Source: a candidate division FCPU426 bacterium (GTDB lineage: Bacteria; Oederibacteriota; JAAXVQ01; JAUVAV01). From it: 64,000 nucleotides of DNA. Location: contig JBFLYH010000002.1 in the NCBI GenBank assembly GCA_040756875.1, forward strand, positions 991,078-1,055,077, given 5' to 3'. The number at the start of each line of letters is the position of its first letter. Within the stretch, counting starts at the first letter, position 1. The notes under the pieces are model-generated. The model was not told the origin of the DNA. It was given only the letters and a program-made list of their open reading frames with translations, and ran no database searches. Shown here piece by piece: positions 1 to 11,695 of the stretch. Position numbers and translations under genes: made by a program.

Positions 1-911
1 TCAACGTCAGCCTGCGCCAGCTGCTCGACCTCTACGCCTGCGTGCGGCCGGTGCGTTACTACGCCGGCACCCCGGCGCCGGTGAAACAGCCCGAAAAACT
101 CGACGTGGTGATCTTCCGCGAGAACACCGAGGACGTGTACGCCGGCCTCGAATGGCCCAGCAACAGCCCCGAGGCGCGCAAGCTCGCGGCCTTTGTCACC
201 GCTGAGCTCAAGCAGCCCGTGGCCGGGGACGCGGGCCTGGGCTTGAAGCCCATGACCCGCGCCAACACCCAGCGCCTGGTGCGGGCCGCGATACAATTCG
301 CCCTGGACCACGGCCGGCCTTCGGTCACCCTGGTGCACAAGGGCAACATCATGAAATACACCGAAGGCGCGTTCCGCGACTGGGGCTACGAAGTGGCGGC
401 CGCGGAATTCGCCGGCCGCGCGGTGACGGAAAAAGACCTGGCCGAAAAACACGGCGGCAAAGCCCCGGCCGGCTGCGTGGTGATCAAGGACCGGATCGCG
501 GACGCCATGTTCCAGCAGGTGCTGCTGCGGCCGGACGAATACTCGGTGCTCGCCACGCCCAACCTCAACGGCGATTACCTCTCCGACGCCTGCGCCGCCC
601 AGGTGGGCGGCCTGGGCATGGCCCCGGGCGCGAATCTCGGCGACGGCCTGGCCGTGTTCGAAGCCACGCACGGCACGGCGCCCAAGTACGCGGGCCAGGA
701 CAAAGTCAACCCCGGTTCGCTGATCCTTTCCGGCGTCATGCTGTTGGAGCATTTGGGGTGGGTGGAGGCGGCCCGCGCGATTCAACAGGCGCTGGAGCGC
801 ACGATCCTCTCGGGCGTGGTAACCTATGATCTGGCCCGGCAGATGCCCAAAAGCCGCGAGGTCAAGTGCAGCGCCTTTGCGGCCGAGATCGTTTCCCATT
901 TGTCCGCCTGA
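1..911 (+). CDS. icd: NADP-dependent isocitrate dehydrogenase (5'-partial, begins before window)
   Basis: Frame reads [16 protein letters not shown] from position 3; motifs [50 protein letters not shown]. Confidence 0.95.
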   Translation, partial: NVSLRQLLDLYACVRPVRYYAGTPAPVKQPEKLDVVIFRENTEDVYAGLEWPSNSPEARKLAAFVTAELKQPVAGDAGLGLKPMTRANTQRLVRAAIQFALDHGRPSVTLVHKGNIMKYTEGAFRDWGYEVAAAEFAGRAVTEKDLAEKHGGKAPAGCVVIKDRIADAMFQQVLLRPDEYSVLATPNLNGDYLSDACAAQVGGLGMAPGANLGDGLAVFEATHGTAPKYAGQDKVNPGSLILSGVMLLEHLGWVEAARAIQQALERTILSGVVTYDLARQMPKSREVKCSAFAAEIVSHLSA

Positions 912-1015
912 CCACCGCCCCCTCCCCGTTCCGGGAAAAACAGCAAAACCATCCTCCCTTCGCCCCGTTGGATACCGGCGGAAGACGTCCTTACCAGCCT
1001 ATCCGTAAAAAGGTT

Positions 1016-1051
1016 TGTTCGGATTCGGATTTGCCCTTCCGAATCCGAACA
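1016..1051. repeat. 14-bp perfect inverted repeat (stem-loop) between icd and mdh
   Basis: TGTTCGGATTCGGA-8nt-TCCGAATCCGAACA. Confidence 0.6.
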
Positions 1052-1191
1052 TGGAATGCCAGAGGCCTTAAGGCGGATTCCGACGGTATCCTGCGGAGCG
1101 GTGAATGGGCTTTGTTGTTCGAATCTGGTTTTTTTTAGAAAGTATGTTAAGATAGCCCCGGAATTTATTCGTTCCTCCGAAGGAGCTCCTT

Positions 1192-2145
1192 ATGGCACGT
1201 CGAAAAATCACGGTCATCGGCGCGGGCAACGTGGGCGCGAGCGTGGCGCAGCAGGTGCTGGCCCAGCACCTGGGGGACGTGGTGCTGGTGGACGTGCAGG
1301 AAGACCTGGCCCAGGGTAAAGCCCTGGATTTGTCGCAGGCCGGCGCGATCCTGGGATATACCGGCAGCTGCGTGGGCACGGGCAAATACGAAGAGACCAT
1401 CGATTCCGACGTCATCGTCGTGACCTCGGGTTCGCCGCGCAAGCCGGGCATGAGCCGCGACGACCTGCTGAAAATCAACTGCGAAATTGTGCACACCGTG
1501 GTCGGCCACGCGGCCGCCGCCTCGCCGGACGCCGTGCTGGTGGTGGTGACCAATCCGCTCGACGCCATGACCTATGCCGCCCTGAAGGCTTCGGGGTTTC
1601 CGGCGCGGCGCGTAACCGGCATGGCCGGGATTCTGGACACGGCCCGCTACCGTTTTTTCCTGTCCCTGGCGCTGGGCGTGTCGCCGGAGAACGTGGAGGC
1701 CATGGTCCTGGGCGGGCACGGCGATGAAATGGTGCCGTGCGTGCCCCTGACCCGCGTGGGCGGTTCGCCGGTCGCGGACTGGCTGCCTGCCGAGGAGCTG
1801 GAGCGGCTGGTGGCCCGGACCCGCGCCGGCGGCGCTGAAATCGTCCAGTTGCTGAAAAGCGGCAGCGCCTATTACGCGCCGGCCGCGGCCGCGGTGCGGA
1901 TGGTGGGCGCGATCCTGCGCGACGAGCAGGCGCTCCTGCCCTGCGCCGCCTGGCTGGAGGGGGAATACGGACTGCGCGACGTCATGGTGGGCGTGCCCGT
2001 GGTCCTGGGGCGCGCGGGCATCCTGAGAATTCCGGAACTCAAGCTCGCAGCCGAAGACCTGGCCGCGCTCCGGCGTTCCGCCGAGGCGGTGCGCGAGCTG
2101 ATGCGCCAGGTGGATGAGTGGTGCCTGGGGAACCTGCCCAAATGA
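1192..2145 (+). CDS. mdh: Malate dehydrogenase (LDH-like MDH)
   Basis: GAGNVG Rossmann motif, PRKPGMSRDDLL MDH loop, VTNPLDAM, GGHGD, SAYYAP; SD AAGGAG upstream. Confidence 0.95.
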   Translation: MARRKITVIGAGNVGASVAQQVLAQHLGDVVLVDVQEDLAQGKALDLSQAGAILGYTGSCVGTGKYEETIDSDVIVVTSGSPRKPGMSRDDLLKINCEIVHTVVGHAAAASPDAVLVVVTNPLDAMTYAALKASGFPARRVTGMAGILDTARYRFFLSLALGVSPENVEAMVLGGHGDEMVPCVPLTRVGGSPVADWLPAEELERLVARTRAGGAEIVQLLKSGSAYYAPAAAAVRMVGAILRDEQALLPCAAWLEGEYGLRDVMVGVPVVLGRAGILRIPELKLAAEDLAALRRSAEAVRELMRQVDEWCLGNLPK

Positions 2146-2249
2146 CGCGGGAGCGGGCGGGCGAAAGCGGAAAATAGGGAACAGACCGCCGTTCGGGTTG
2201 CCGGAGGGTCCGGCGCCGGTTCCGGAGTGGCCAAGAGAGGGGTGGGCGC

Positions 2250-3092
2250 ATGCGGGAAATCACCGTTGAATCCGTGCAGAAGGCCGTGGTCACGGCCTTG
2301 AAAGAGCTCCATTACCAGTTGCGGCCCGATTTACGGACGCGCATCCAATCCGCGATCGAACAGGAAGCGTCGCCCCTGGGACGTCAGTCCCTGGAGCTGC
2401 TTCTGGACAACGCCAAAATGGCTTCGGCCGGCGTGCAGCCCTTGTGCCAGGACACGGGGCTGACCACGATCTTCGTGGAACTGGGGCAGGAAGTGCAAAT
2501 CACCGGGGGCTCCCTCGAAGCCGCGCTGCAGGAAGGCGTGCGCCAGGGGTCCGCGGAACTGCGCCTGCGGCACTCCGTGGCCGGGCATCCCCTGAAGCGC
2601 GTCAACACCGGTGACAACACGCCGGCGTTTATTCATTACGAGATCGTGCCGGGCAAAGGCTGCAAGCTGCGGGTGCTGGCCAAGGGCGGCGGCAGCGAGA
2701 ATATGAGCGCCCTGGCCATGCTGCTGCCTTCGGCCGGCATGGAAGGCGTCACGGATTTCGTGCTCAACCATGTCCGCCTGCACGGCGCCATGGCCTGCCC
2801 GCCCCTGATTGTCGGCGTGGGCGTGGGCGGCAGCTTCGAGACCGCGCCGCTGCTGGCCAAAAAAGCGCTGCTGCGCCCGGTGGGCCAGCCCTCGTCCGAT
2901 CCGGAGACCGCGGCGTGGGAGGATAAGTTGCTCGGCTGGATCAACCGCCTGGGCATTGGCCCGCAGGGGTGGGGCGGCACGACCACCGCCCTGGCCGTGG
3001 CCATCGAGACCGCGCCCTGCCACATCGCGTCCCTGCCCGCGGCCGTGAACATCGAATGCCACAGCCACCGCATGGCGGAGGTGATGCTATGA
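2250..3092 (+). CDS. Class I fumarate hydratase / tartrate dehydratase alpha subunit
   Basis: PLCQDTG, NTGDNTP, KGGGSEN, ACPP..VGVGVGG, HIASLP, CHSHR. Confidence 0.92.
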   Translation: MREITVESVQKAVVTALKELHYQLRPDLRTRIQSAIEQEASPLGRQSLELLLDNAKMASAGVQPLCQDTGLTTIFVELGQEVQITGGSLEAALQEGVRQGSAELRLRHSVAGHPLKRVNTGDNTPAFIHYEIVPGKGCKLRVLAKGGGSENMSALAMLLPSAGMEGVTDFVLNHVRLHGAMACPPLIVGVGVGGSFETAPLLAKKALLRPVGQPSSDPETAAWEDKLLGWINRLGIGPQGWGGTTTALAVAIETAPCHIASLPAAVNIECHSHRMAEVML

Positions 3093-3649
3093 GCGGCAAA
3101 TGGTTGCAGTTGCCCCTGGATCCCAAGGCGGTGGAAGAGCTGGCCGTGGGCCAGTGGGTGAATTTGTCCGGGCCGCTCATCACGGCGCGCGACGCGGCCT
3201 TGAAGCGCATCTATAACCTGCTGCTGGAATACAAAAAGCCGCCGGTGGACCTGCAAAACCAGCTGGTGTATTTCGTCGGCCCCACGCCCGCGGCGCCGGG
3301 CGAGCAGATCGGTTCCGCCGGGCCCACCACCAGCCGCCGCATGGAGCCGTACCTTCCCTCCCTGTTGTCGGCCGGCGTCAAAGCCGTCATGGGGAAGGGT
3401 CCGCTGTCCGAGGGCATGGTCGCCGAGTTCCACCGGCGCGGCGCGATCTATCTGGCCGCGGCCGGCGGCGCGGGCGCGTACTACGGCTCCAAAGTGCGCG
3501 GCGCCATGGTCATGGCCTACGAAGAACTGGGGCCCGAAGCCGTCTACAGCCTGATGGTGGACAATTTTCCGGCGGTCGTGGCCATTGACCTCAAGGGCGG
3601 CAATCTGTTCGAGCAGGGGCCGAAAGCCTATTTCAGGGAGCAAGCATGA
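3089..3649 (+). CDS. Class I fumarate hydratase beta subunit
   Basis: ATGA overlap with alpha subunit; TARDAA, SAGPTTSRRM, GKG, ELGPEAV. Confidence 0.92.
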   Translation: MSGKWLQLPLDPKAVEELAVGQWVNLSGPLITARDAALKRIYNLLLEYKKPPVDLQNQLVYFVGPTPAAPGEQIGSAGPTTSRRMEPYLPSLLSAGVKAVMGKGPLSEGMVAEFHRRGAIYLAAAGGAGAYYGSKVRGAMVMAYEELGPEAVYSLMVDNFPAVVAIDLKGGNLFEQGPKAYFREQA

Positions 3650-5604
3650 AGCGAAAGACCGTCTCCAGCCGCGCGCCGCTGACCGCGGCTGAAAAAATCC
3701 TGGCCGCCCACGGCATGGCCGCGGGGAGCCGGCCCGGCGATGAAATCGCCCTGCGCATTGACCAGACCCTGACCCAGGACGCGACCGGTACCCTGGCCTG
3801 GCTGCAGTTCGAGGCGCTGGGCCTGCCGCGGGTCAAGACCCGCCTGTCGGTTTCCTACGTGGACCACAATACCCTGCAAACCGGATTCGAGAACGCCGAC
3901 GACCACGCCTATCTGCAGAGCGCCGCCCGAAAATTCGGCGCGGTGTTTTCGCGGCCCGGCAACGGCATCTGCCACCAGGTGCACCTGGAACGGTTCGGCA
4001 AGCCCTGGGCCACGCTGCTCGGCTCGGATTCCCACACGCCCACGGCCGGCGGCCTGGGCTCGCTTGCCATCGGCGCGGGCGGGCTGGATGTGGCCGCGGC
4101 CATGGCCGGCGCGCCGTTCTACCTGCTCCATCCGAAGATCCTCAACGTGCTGCTCACCGGCCGGCTGGCCAGGCGCGTTTCGGCCAAGGACGTGATATTG
4201 GAAGTGCTGCGCCGGATTTCCGTCAAGGGCGGGGTGGGCAAGATCCTCGAATACTCCGGTCCGGGCGCGGCCTCGCTCTCCGTGCCCGAACGGGCCACGA
4301 TCACGAACATGGGCGCCGAGACCGGCGCCACCACCAGCCTGTTTCCCGCGGACGCCACCACCCGCGCTTTTCTGGCTTACCAGGGCCGGGCCAGGGAGTA
4401 CCGGCCTTTGGCCGCGGACCCGGGCGCGGTTTATTCCGGCGGCGAGCTGGCGATCGACCTGTCGCGCCTGGAGCCGCTGGCCGCCAAACCCCACTCGCCG
4501 GACGCGGTCGTGCCGGTCCGCGAGCTGGCCGGGCTCAAACCCCAGCAGGTGGTCATCGGCTCCTGCACCAACTCCTCCCTGGCCGACCTGGCGACCGTGG
4601 CCGGGCTGCTGGCCGGCCGGCGCGTCCACCCCGACGTGTCGCTGGTGATCACGCCCGGCTCCCAGCAGGTGCTCAACGCCCTGGCGGAGAACGGCGCGCT
4701 CGCGGCCCTGATCACGGCCGGCGCGCGGGTCATGGAGCCCGCCTGCGGCGCCTGCATCGGCATGGGCCAGGCGCCGGCCACGGGCGCGGTGACCCTGCGC
4801 ACCTTCAATCGCAATTTCAAGGGCCGGTCCGGCACGCCGGACGCCCAGGTGTACCTGGTTTCAGCCGAGACCGCGGCCGCGGCCGCGGTCATGGGATCGG
4901 TCGTGGATCCGCGCCGCTTTCAGGCCGCCAAGACCTTCCGCCTGCCGAAACGCGCCGAGGCCTCGGACAGCCTGCTCATCCGCCCCGCGGCCCGGAAGCA
5001 GGCGGTTGAGATCGTGCGGGGGCCCAACATCAAGCCCCTGCCGCAGTTCGCGCCGCTCGCGGACGCGGACCAGGGCCAGGTCCTGGCCAAGTTCGGGGAC
5101 CACGTGACCACGGACGACATCATGCCCGCGGGCGCCAAGCTTCTGCCCCTGCGCTCCAACATCCCGGCCCTGGCGCAGCACGTCTTCTCGCGTCTGGACG
5201 CGGACTTCAGCCGACGCAGCCAGGAGCAGGGGGGCGGCTACGTGGTGGGTGGCGACAACTACGGCCAGGGCTCCTCGCGGGAGCACGCGGCCCTGGCGCC
5301 GCGCTACCTCGGCGTGCGCGCCGTGCTGGTCAAGTCCTTCGCGCGCATCCACCTGGCCAACCTCATCAATTTCGGCATCGTGCCCCTGACCTTCCGCGAT
5401 CCGGCGGATTACGGCCGGGTGGAGGCCGGGCACACGCTGAGCCTGCCGGACCTCAAGGCCGACCTCGCGGCCGGCCGGGCCGTGCGCGTGAAAAACCTCA
5501 CCACGGGCGCGGCCTGGGAGATGGAGTGCACCCTGACGCCCCGCCAGCGCGAGCTGGTGCTGGCGGGCGGGACGCTCAATTATCTGAAACGGCATTTTGC
5601 CTGA
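3646..5604 (+). CDS. Aconitate hydratase (single-chain, about 650 aa)
   Basis: DQTLTQDATG, DHN, GICHQ, GSDSHT, IGSCTN, CGACIG, RTFNRNF, NYGQGSSREHAA. Confidence 0.9.
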   Translation: MKRKTVSSRAPLTAAEKILAAHGMAAGSRPGDEIALRIDQTLTQDATGTLAWLQFEALGLPRVKTRLSVSYVDHNTLQTGFENADDHAYLQSAARKFGAVFSRPGNGICHQVHLERFGKPWATLLGSDSHTPTAGGLGSLAIGAGGLDVAAAMAGAPFYLLHPKILNVLLTGRLARRVSAKDVILEVLRRISVKGGVGKILEYSGPGAASLSVPERATITNMGAETGATTSLFPADATTRAFLAYQGRAREYRPLAADPGAVYSGGELAIDLSRLEPLAAKPHSPDAVVPVRELAGLKPQQVVIGSCTNSSLADLATVAGLLAGRRVHPDVSLVITPGSQQVLNALAENGALAALITAGARVMEPACGACIGMGQAPATGAVTLRTFNRNFKGRSGTPDAQVYLVSAETAAAAAVMGSVVDPRRFQAAKTFRLPKRAEASDSLLIRPAARKQAVEIVRGPNIKPLPQFAPLADADQGQVLAKFGDHVTTDDIMPAGAKLLPLRSNIPALAQHVFSRLDADFSRRSQEQGGGYVVGGDNYGQGSSREHAALAPRYLGVRAVLVKSFARIHLANLINFGIVPLTFRDPADYGRVEAGHTLSLPDLKADLAAGRAVRVKNLTTGAAWEMECTLTPRQRELVLAGGTLNYLKRHFA

Positions 5605-5626
5605 TTCCACCAAGGAGGTTAGGATC

Positions 5627-6166
5627 ATGCGCCAATGGATCGTCCTGGGCACGGCGGCGCTGCTGCTGGCCGGCGGCTGCGCCAGCGTGCCCGAAATCAA
5701 AGGAAAGGAAGCGAAGACCGAAACCATGACCGAAAGCACACCTGCCACCGAAGCTGTTATTCAGACCAACAAAGGCGAGATCGTGTTCAAGTTCTACCCT
5801 GAAGACGCACCCAAGACCGTGGAGAATTTCGTCAAGCTGGCGCGCAAGGGCTTTTACGACGGGCTGACTTTCCACCGCGTGGTGCCGAACTTCGTCATCC
5901 AGGGCGGAGATCCCAAGGGCGACGGCACCGGCGGGCCCGGTTACACCGTTCCCGCGGAATTCAACAGCCGCTCGCACCTGACGGGCACGGTGGCCATGGC
6001 GCGGGCCTTGGATCCCAACTCCGCGGGCAGCCAGTTCTACATCTGCCTCGCCCGTCAGCCCGGCCTCGACGGACAGTACACGGTCTTCGGCCAGGTCACC
6101 TCGGGCATGGACGTGGTGCAATCGATCCGCGTGGGCGACAAAATGCTCAAGGTCACGGTGCGCTGA
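5627..6166 (+). CDS. Cyclophilin-type peptidyl-prolyl isomerase, probable lipoprotein
   Basis: SD AAGGAGG; lipobox-like LLLAGGC; APKTVENF, FHRVV..FVIQGGD, AMAR, SAGSQFYI, YTVFGQV. Confidence 0.92.
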   Translation: MRQWIVLGTAALLLAGGCASVPEIKGKEAKTETMTESTPATEAVIQTNKGEIVFKFYPEDAPKTVENFVKLARKGFYDGLTFHRVVPNFVIQGGDPKGDGTGGPGYTVPAEFNSRSHLTGTVAMARALDPNSAGSQFYICLARQPGLDGQYTVFGQVTSGMDVVQSIRVGDKMLKVTVR

Positions 6167-6223
6167 AGCGGATAAAAAAATTTGCGGAACGCAAGAAAAC
6201 ATTTCTCCTTTGACGCGCGAATG

Positions 6224-6232
6224 TGCTATAAA
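6224..6232 (+). promoter_or_regulatory. Putative extended -10 promoter (TG-C-TATAAA) for the small Lys-rich ORF
   Basis: TGCTATAAA in AT-rich intergenic DNA about 40 nt upstream of the ATG; a TTGACG at 6210 is too close to serve as a canonical -35. Confidence 0.45.
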
Positions 6233-6270
6233 AGAATTAACACATGCACGTCGAAAAAGGAGGTGACAGC

Positions 6271-6321
6271 ATGGCGGTGAAGAAGGCGAAGAAAAAGGCC
6301 ACGAAGAAGAAAAAGAAATAA
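6271..6321 (+). CDS. 16-aa lysine-rich small protein MAVKKAKKKATKKKKK
   Basis: Very strong SD AAGGAGGTGA just upstream of ATG 6271; TAA at 6319-6321; own upstream promoter-like site and downstream terminator; below the ORF-track length cutoff. Confidence 0.7.
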   Translation: MAVKKAKKKATKKKKK

Positions 6322-6362
6322 GTTGATTCGATTTCGTGTGCATTGATACGCTTTGGTTTGCG

Positions 6363-6396
6363 AACCGGAGGGGGCCCTGCTCCCTCCGGTTTTTTA
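6363..6396 (+). terminator. Rho-independent terminator after the small Lys-rich ORF
   Basis: ACCGGAGGG-loop-CCCTCCGGT followed by a T tract. Confidence 0.85.
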
Positions 6397-6447
6397 TTCA
6401 TCTCCTTTAATCTCCCGCGTCGGCGTTTTTAGCGGCGTCCTTAACGC

Positions 6448-6476
6448 TTGACATTCATGCGGGTCAGGCGTATCTT
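6448..6476 (+). promoter_or_regulatory. Sigma70-type promoter of the pyr operon
   Basis: TTGACA (6448-6453), 17-nt spacer, TATCTT (6471-6476). Confidence 0.75.
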
Positions 6477-6489
6477 CTTAAACGGTCGC

Positions 6490-8098
<1,609 letters not shown>

Positions 8099-8115
<17 letters not shown>

Positions 8116-9412
8116 AGGCGGACGCTTGCTCGACCCGGCCAGCCGGCACGACGCGCCGGCGGACCTATGGCTGGAAAACGGACGCGTGGCGGAGGTCACT
8201 CCGCCGGGCGCCCGCAAACCCCAGGCGCAGGACGAGGTCTGGGAGGCCGGCGGCCTGGCCGTGGCGCCCGGGCTGGTGGACGCGCACGTGCACCTGCGCG
8301 AGCCGGGCGCGGAATACAAGGAAACCATCGCCTCGGGCACGCGCGCAGCCGCCGCGGGCGGCGTGACGAGCCTAGCCTGCATGCCCAACACCACCCCGCC
8401 CATCGACAATCTGGCCATGGTGGAGCTGGTGCTGTCCAAAGCCAAAAGCCAGGGCGCGGTGAACGTCTTTCCCGTGGCCTGCATCACCCAGCGCCGGGAA
8501 GGGAAGCAGCTCACCGAAATGGGCGAACTCAAGGCCGCGGGCGTGGTGGCCGTGTCCGACGACGGCGAGCCCGTGGAATCGCCGACGCTCATGCGCAGCG
8601 CCCTGCAGTACGCCGGCATGCTCGACCTGCTGGTCATCAACCACGCGGAAGACAAGTCCCTCGCCGGCAAGGGCGTGGCCCACGCCGGGTTCATGGCCTG
8701 CAAGCTGGGCCTGGCGGGCGTGCCCCGCTCGGCCCTGGAGGTCATGATCAGCCGCGACCTGCTTCTGGCCGAGGAGACGGGCAGCCGCATCCACATCCCG
8801 CACGTGTCCACGGCCGGGGCCGTGCGCCTGATCCGCGAAGCCAAGGCGCGCGGCGTGCGCGTGACGGCCGAGACCGCTCCCCACTACCTCGCGCTCACGG
8901 ACGAGTGCCTCGCGGGCTACGACACCAACGTGCGCGTCAACCCGCCGATCGCCGAGGCCGCGGACCAGGCGGCGCTTATCGACGGGCTGGTCGACGGCAC
9001 CCTGGACGCGATCGCCACGGACCATGCCCCGCACTCGCGCCGCGAAAAGGAAATGGAGTTCGCCCTGGCCGCGCCGGGCATCTGCGGCCTGGAAACTTCG
9101 CTCTCCCTCTGTCTCACGGTCCTCGTGGCCTCGGGCCGGATGCCGCTGCTCGAATTGATCGACCGCATGTCGCTGCGGCCGGCCCGCCTGCTGGGCGTGC
9201 CCAAGGGCACGCTCGCGGCCGGAGCGGACGCGGACCTGGTGCTGTTCGACCCGGACGCGGACCGCACGGTCCAGGCGTCGGAGTTCCACAGCCAGTCGGA
9301 CAACACGCCCTTCGACCAGTGGCGCGTGAAAGGCCGCGTGGCCGCCACCTTCGTGGCCGGAGAACCGGTGTATATCGCTCCTCAAGACCAAGCCAGGCGG
9401 AAGCCATCGTGA
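8099..9412 (+). CDS. pyrC: Dihydroorotase (type I)
   Basis: [28 protein letters not shown]. Confidence 0.96.
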
Positions 9413-10173
9413 ACTGCCGCGTGCTGCGCGTCCGGCGGGCGGGTTCCTATGCCCGCCTTTGGCTGGAGGCGCCGGACATCGCCCGCCGGGCCCGGCCCGG
9501 GCAGTTCGTCATGGTCCGGCCCCGGGGCGCGGACGCGCCGTTTTGGCGCCGGCCGTTTTCCCTGTGCTCGGCCGACGGCCGGCGCAGCGTGGAACTGCTG
9601 ATCAAAGCCGTGGGTCCGGGCTCCCGCCTGCTCGCCGCCTCGCGTCCGGGGGACCTCCTCGACGTCACGGGCCCCTTGGGCACGGGGTTCAGCCTGGACG
9701 TCACGGGGCCTGTGCTCCTGGTGGGCGGAGGCTTCGGCATCGCGCCTCTGCGATTTTTAGCCGAGTGCCTGCGCCGCCGCCGCATTCCCTGCGAGGTGTT
9801 CCTGGGCGGTCGATGCCGCGAAGATCTGCTGCTGCAAAGCGAGCTTAAACTCGCGGCCGCGGGCGTGGCCTGCACCACCGAAGACGGCAGTTTTGGCCGG
9901 CGCGGCCGCGTGACCTTGCTTCTGGCCGAGCGCCTGGCCGGCAGCCGGAAACCGGCGCGCATCGCGGCCGCCGGGCCCGAAGCCATGCTCGCGGTCGTGG
10001 CGGACCTGGCGGAAAAGCACGGCGTGGCAGCCGAAGTTTCGCTGGAGACGGTCATGGCCTGCGGCCTGGGCGTGTGCAACGGCTGCGTGCGCCGCGTCAA
10101 CGGGCAATACCAGCGCGTGTGCGCCGACGGCCCGGTCTTCGACGCCGCGGCCGTGGATTGGAGCCAAGCATGA
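9409..10173 (+). CDS. pyrK: Dihydroorotate dehydrogenase electron transfer subunit
   Basis: GTGA overlap; PGQFVM, RRPFS, GPLG.GF, GGG.GIAP, MACGLGVCNGC...CADGPVF. Confidence 0.93.
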   Translation: MNCRVLRVRRAGSYARLWLEAPDIARRARPGQFVMVRPRGADAPFWRRPFSLCSADGRRSVELLIKAVGPGSRLLAASRPGDLLDVTGPLGTGFSLDVTGPVLLVGGGFGIAPLRFLAECLRRRRIPCEVFLGGRCREDLLLQSELKLAAAGVACTTEDGSFGRRGRVTLLLAERLAGSRKPARIAAAGPEAMLAVVADLAEKHGVAAEVSLETVMACGLGVCNGCVRRVNGQYQRVCADGPVFDAAAVDWSQA

Positions 10174-11099
10174 GCCCGCGTGCCGCAGCACCTTCCCTGT
10201 CCTGCACGGTGGGCCGCGTGCGCCTGGCCGCGCCGGTCCTGCTCGCTTCTGGCACCTGCGGCTACGGCCTGGAGCTGGCCGGGCACGTGGATTTCCCGGC
10301 TCTGGGCGGCGTGGTCCTGAAAAGCCTGACCCAGGAGCCGCGCGCTGGCAATCCCATGCCCCGCGTGGCCGAATGCAGCCAGGGCATGCTCAATGCGATC
10401 GGCCTGGCCAATGTGGGCGTGGAGGCGTTTTGCCGCGAGAAGTGGCCCAAGGTCAAAGCGTTGCCTTGCGCCGTGCTGGCCAACGTGGCTGGCGCTTCGC
10501 AGGCCGAGTACGTGGCCGTGGCGCGGCGCCTGGACCGGCTGGACGGGCTCGCGGGCCTGGAGCTGAACGTGTCCTGCCCCAATGTCAGCCACGGCGGGAT
10601 GGAATTCGGCCGCGAGCCCCGCGTGCTGGAACGGCTGGTGGCCGCGGTGCGCAAAGCGACGAAGCGTCCGCTGTGGGTGAAGCTCACGCCCAACGTGGCG
10701 GACATCGCGCCCCTGGCCCGGGCGGCCGAAGCCGCAGGCGCGGACGCAATCACGGTCATCAACACCCTGCGCGGCCTGCGCATGGACCTCAAGCAACAGC
10801 GGCCTGTGCTGGGCAATGTGACGGGCGGGCTCTCGGGCCCGGCCATCATGCCCGTGGCCCTTTTTCACGTCTACCGCGCGGCCGGAGCGGTGAAGATCCC
10901 CGTGGTGGGCTGCGGCGGCATCGAGACCGCGGAGGACGCGCTCGAATTCATCCTGGCCGGCGCCAGCGCGGTGCAGGTCGGGACCGCGACCTTCCGCCGG
11001 CCGCGGGCCGCGGAGCTGATCGCGGCCGGGCTGCGGCGCCAGCTGCAGGCCCGGGGCCTGCGCAGCCTCAAGCCCCTGATCGGAGCCGGAAGGATATGA
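10170..11099 (+). CDS. pyrD: Dihydroorotate dehydrogenase (family 1B) catalytic subunit
   Basis: LASGT, GMLNAIGL.N, ELNVSCPN, VKLTPN, INT, GGLSGPAI.P. Confidence 0.96.
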   Translation: MSPRAAAPSLSCTVGRVRLAAPVLLASGTCGYGLELAGHVDFPALGGVVLKSLTQEPRAGNPMPRVAECSQGMLNAIGLANVGVEAFCREKWPKVKALPCAVLANVAGASQAEYVAVARRLDRLDGLAGLELNVSCPNVSHGGMEFGREPRVLERLVAAVRKATKRPLWVKLTPNVADIAPLARAAEAAGADAITVINTLRGLRMDLKQQRPVLGNVTGGLSGPAIMPVALFHVYRAAGAVKIPVVGCGGIETAEDALEFILAGASAVQVGTATFRRPRAAELIAAGLRRQLQARGLRSLKPLIGAGRI

Positions 11100-11695
11100 A
11101 CTGGCAGGCAGCGGTGATCCAGGCGGTGTCGTGGGACGCGGCCGGGCTCCGCCTGATCAACCAGGGCGCCTATTGGCGTCCGCTCGCGGATCTGACTTAC
11201 TGGGTGGCGCGCGACCAGGTCATTCTGGGCGTGCTCGGCGGCGCGGTCGCGGCCTACATCCTGTACGCGGGCCTGCGCCGCGCGTTGTGGGTGTCCGCCT
11301 GGAGCGCCGCGGCCGTAATGCTCACGCAATTGATCCACAACAGCTGGTTCAAGCTTTTTTTCAACCGCCCCCGGCCGTTTCTCCGCCAGGAGGGCGTGCG
11401 GCTGTGCGTGGCTTTGAACGATTTATCGCAGGTTTCGCTGTCCTTCCCGTCCACTCATTCGGCCAGCGCCGCGGCCCTGGCCGTGGTAATCGCCGGTTTG
11501 GATCCGGCGCTCAAGTGGCCGGCCATCGGGTTCGCCCTGCTGATCGGCCTGGGCACCGTGTATTCCGGCGGGCATTATCCGGCGGACGTGCTCGCGGGGT
11601 ATGCGGCCGGTGGCGGCGTGGGCTGGCTGTTGCTGCGTCTACGGCCGTTCCTGTCCTGGGCGGACCCTTGCAGCGCAGGCCAGGGCAGGCCATGA
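11096..11695 (+). CDS. PAP2-family membrane phosphatase (undecaprenyl-pyrophosphate phosphatase-like)
   Basis: KLFFNRPRP, SFPSTHS, GHYPADVLAG motifs; hydrophobic segments; ATGA overlap with pyrD. Confidence 0.85.
   Translation: MNWQAAVIQAVSWDAAGLRLINQGAYWRPLADLTYWVARDQVILGVLGGAVAAYILYAGLRRALWVSAWSAAAVMLTQLIHNSWFKLFFNRPRPFLRQEGVRLCVALNDLSQVSLSFPSTHSASAAALAVVIAGLDPALKWPAIGFALLIGLGTVYSGGHYPADVLAGYAAGGGVGWLLLRLRPFLSWADPCSAGQGRP

Noticed and set aside
6210-6232. TTGACG...TATAAA as a canonical -35/-10 pair
   Set aside because: The spacer is only 11 nt; only the extended -10 reading is retained.
8167-9408. Apparent N-terminal extension making PyrK 668 aa (likewise extensions of the PAP2, deacetylase, flippase and methyltransferase ORFs)
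   Set aside because: These overlap the upstream gene in another frame and are low-complexity R/G/P sequence; true starts sit at ATGA/GTGA junctions, so no fusion or frameshift is needed.
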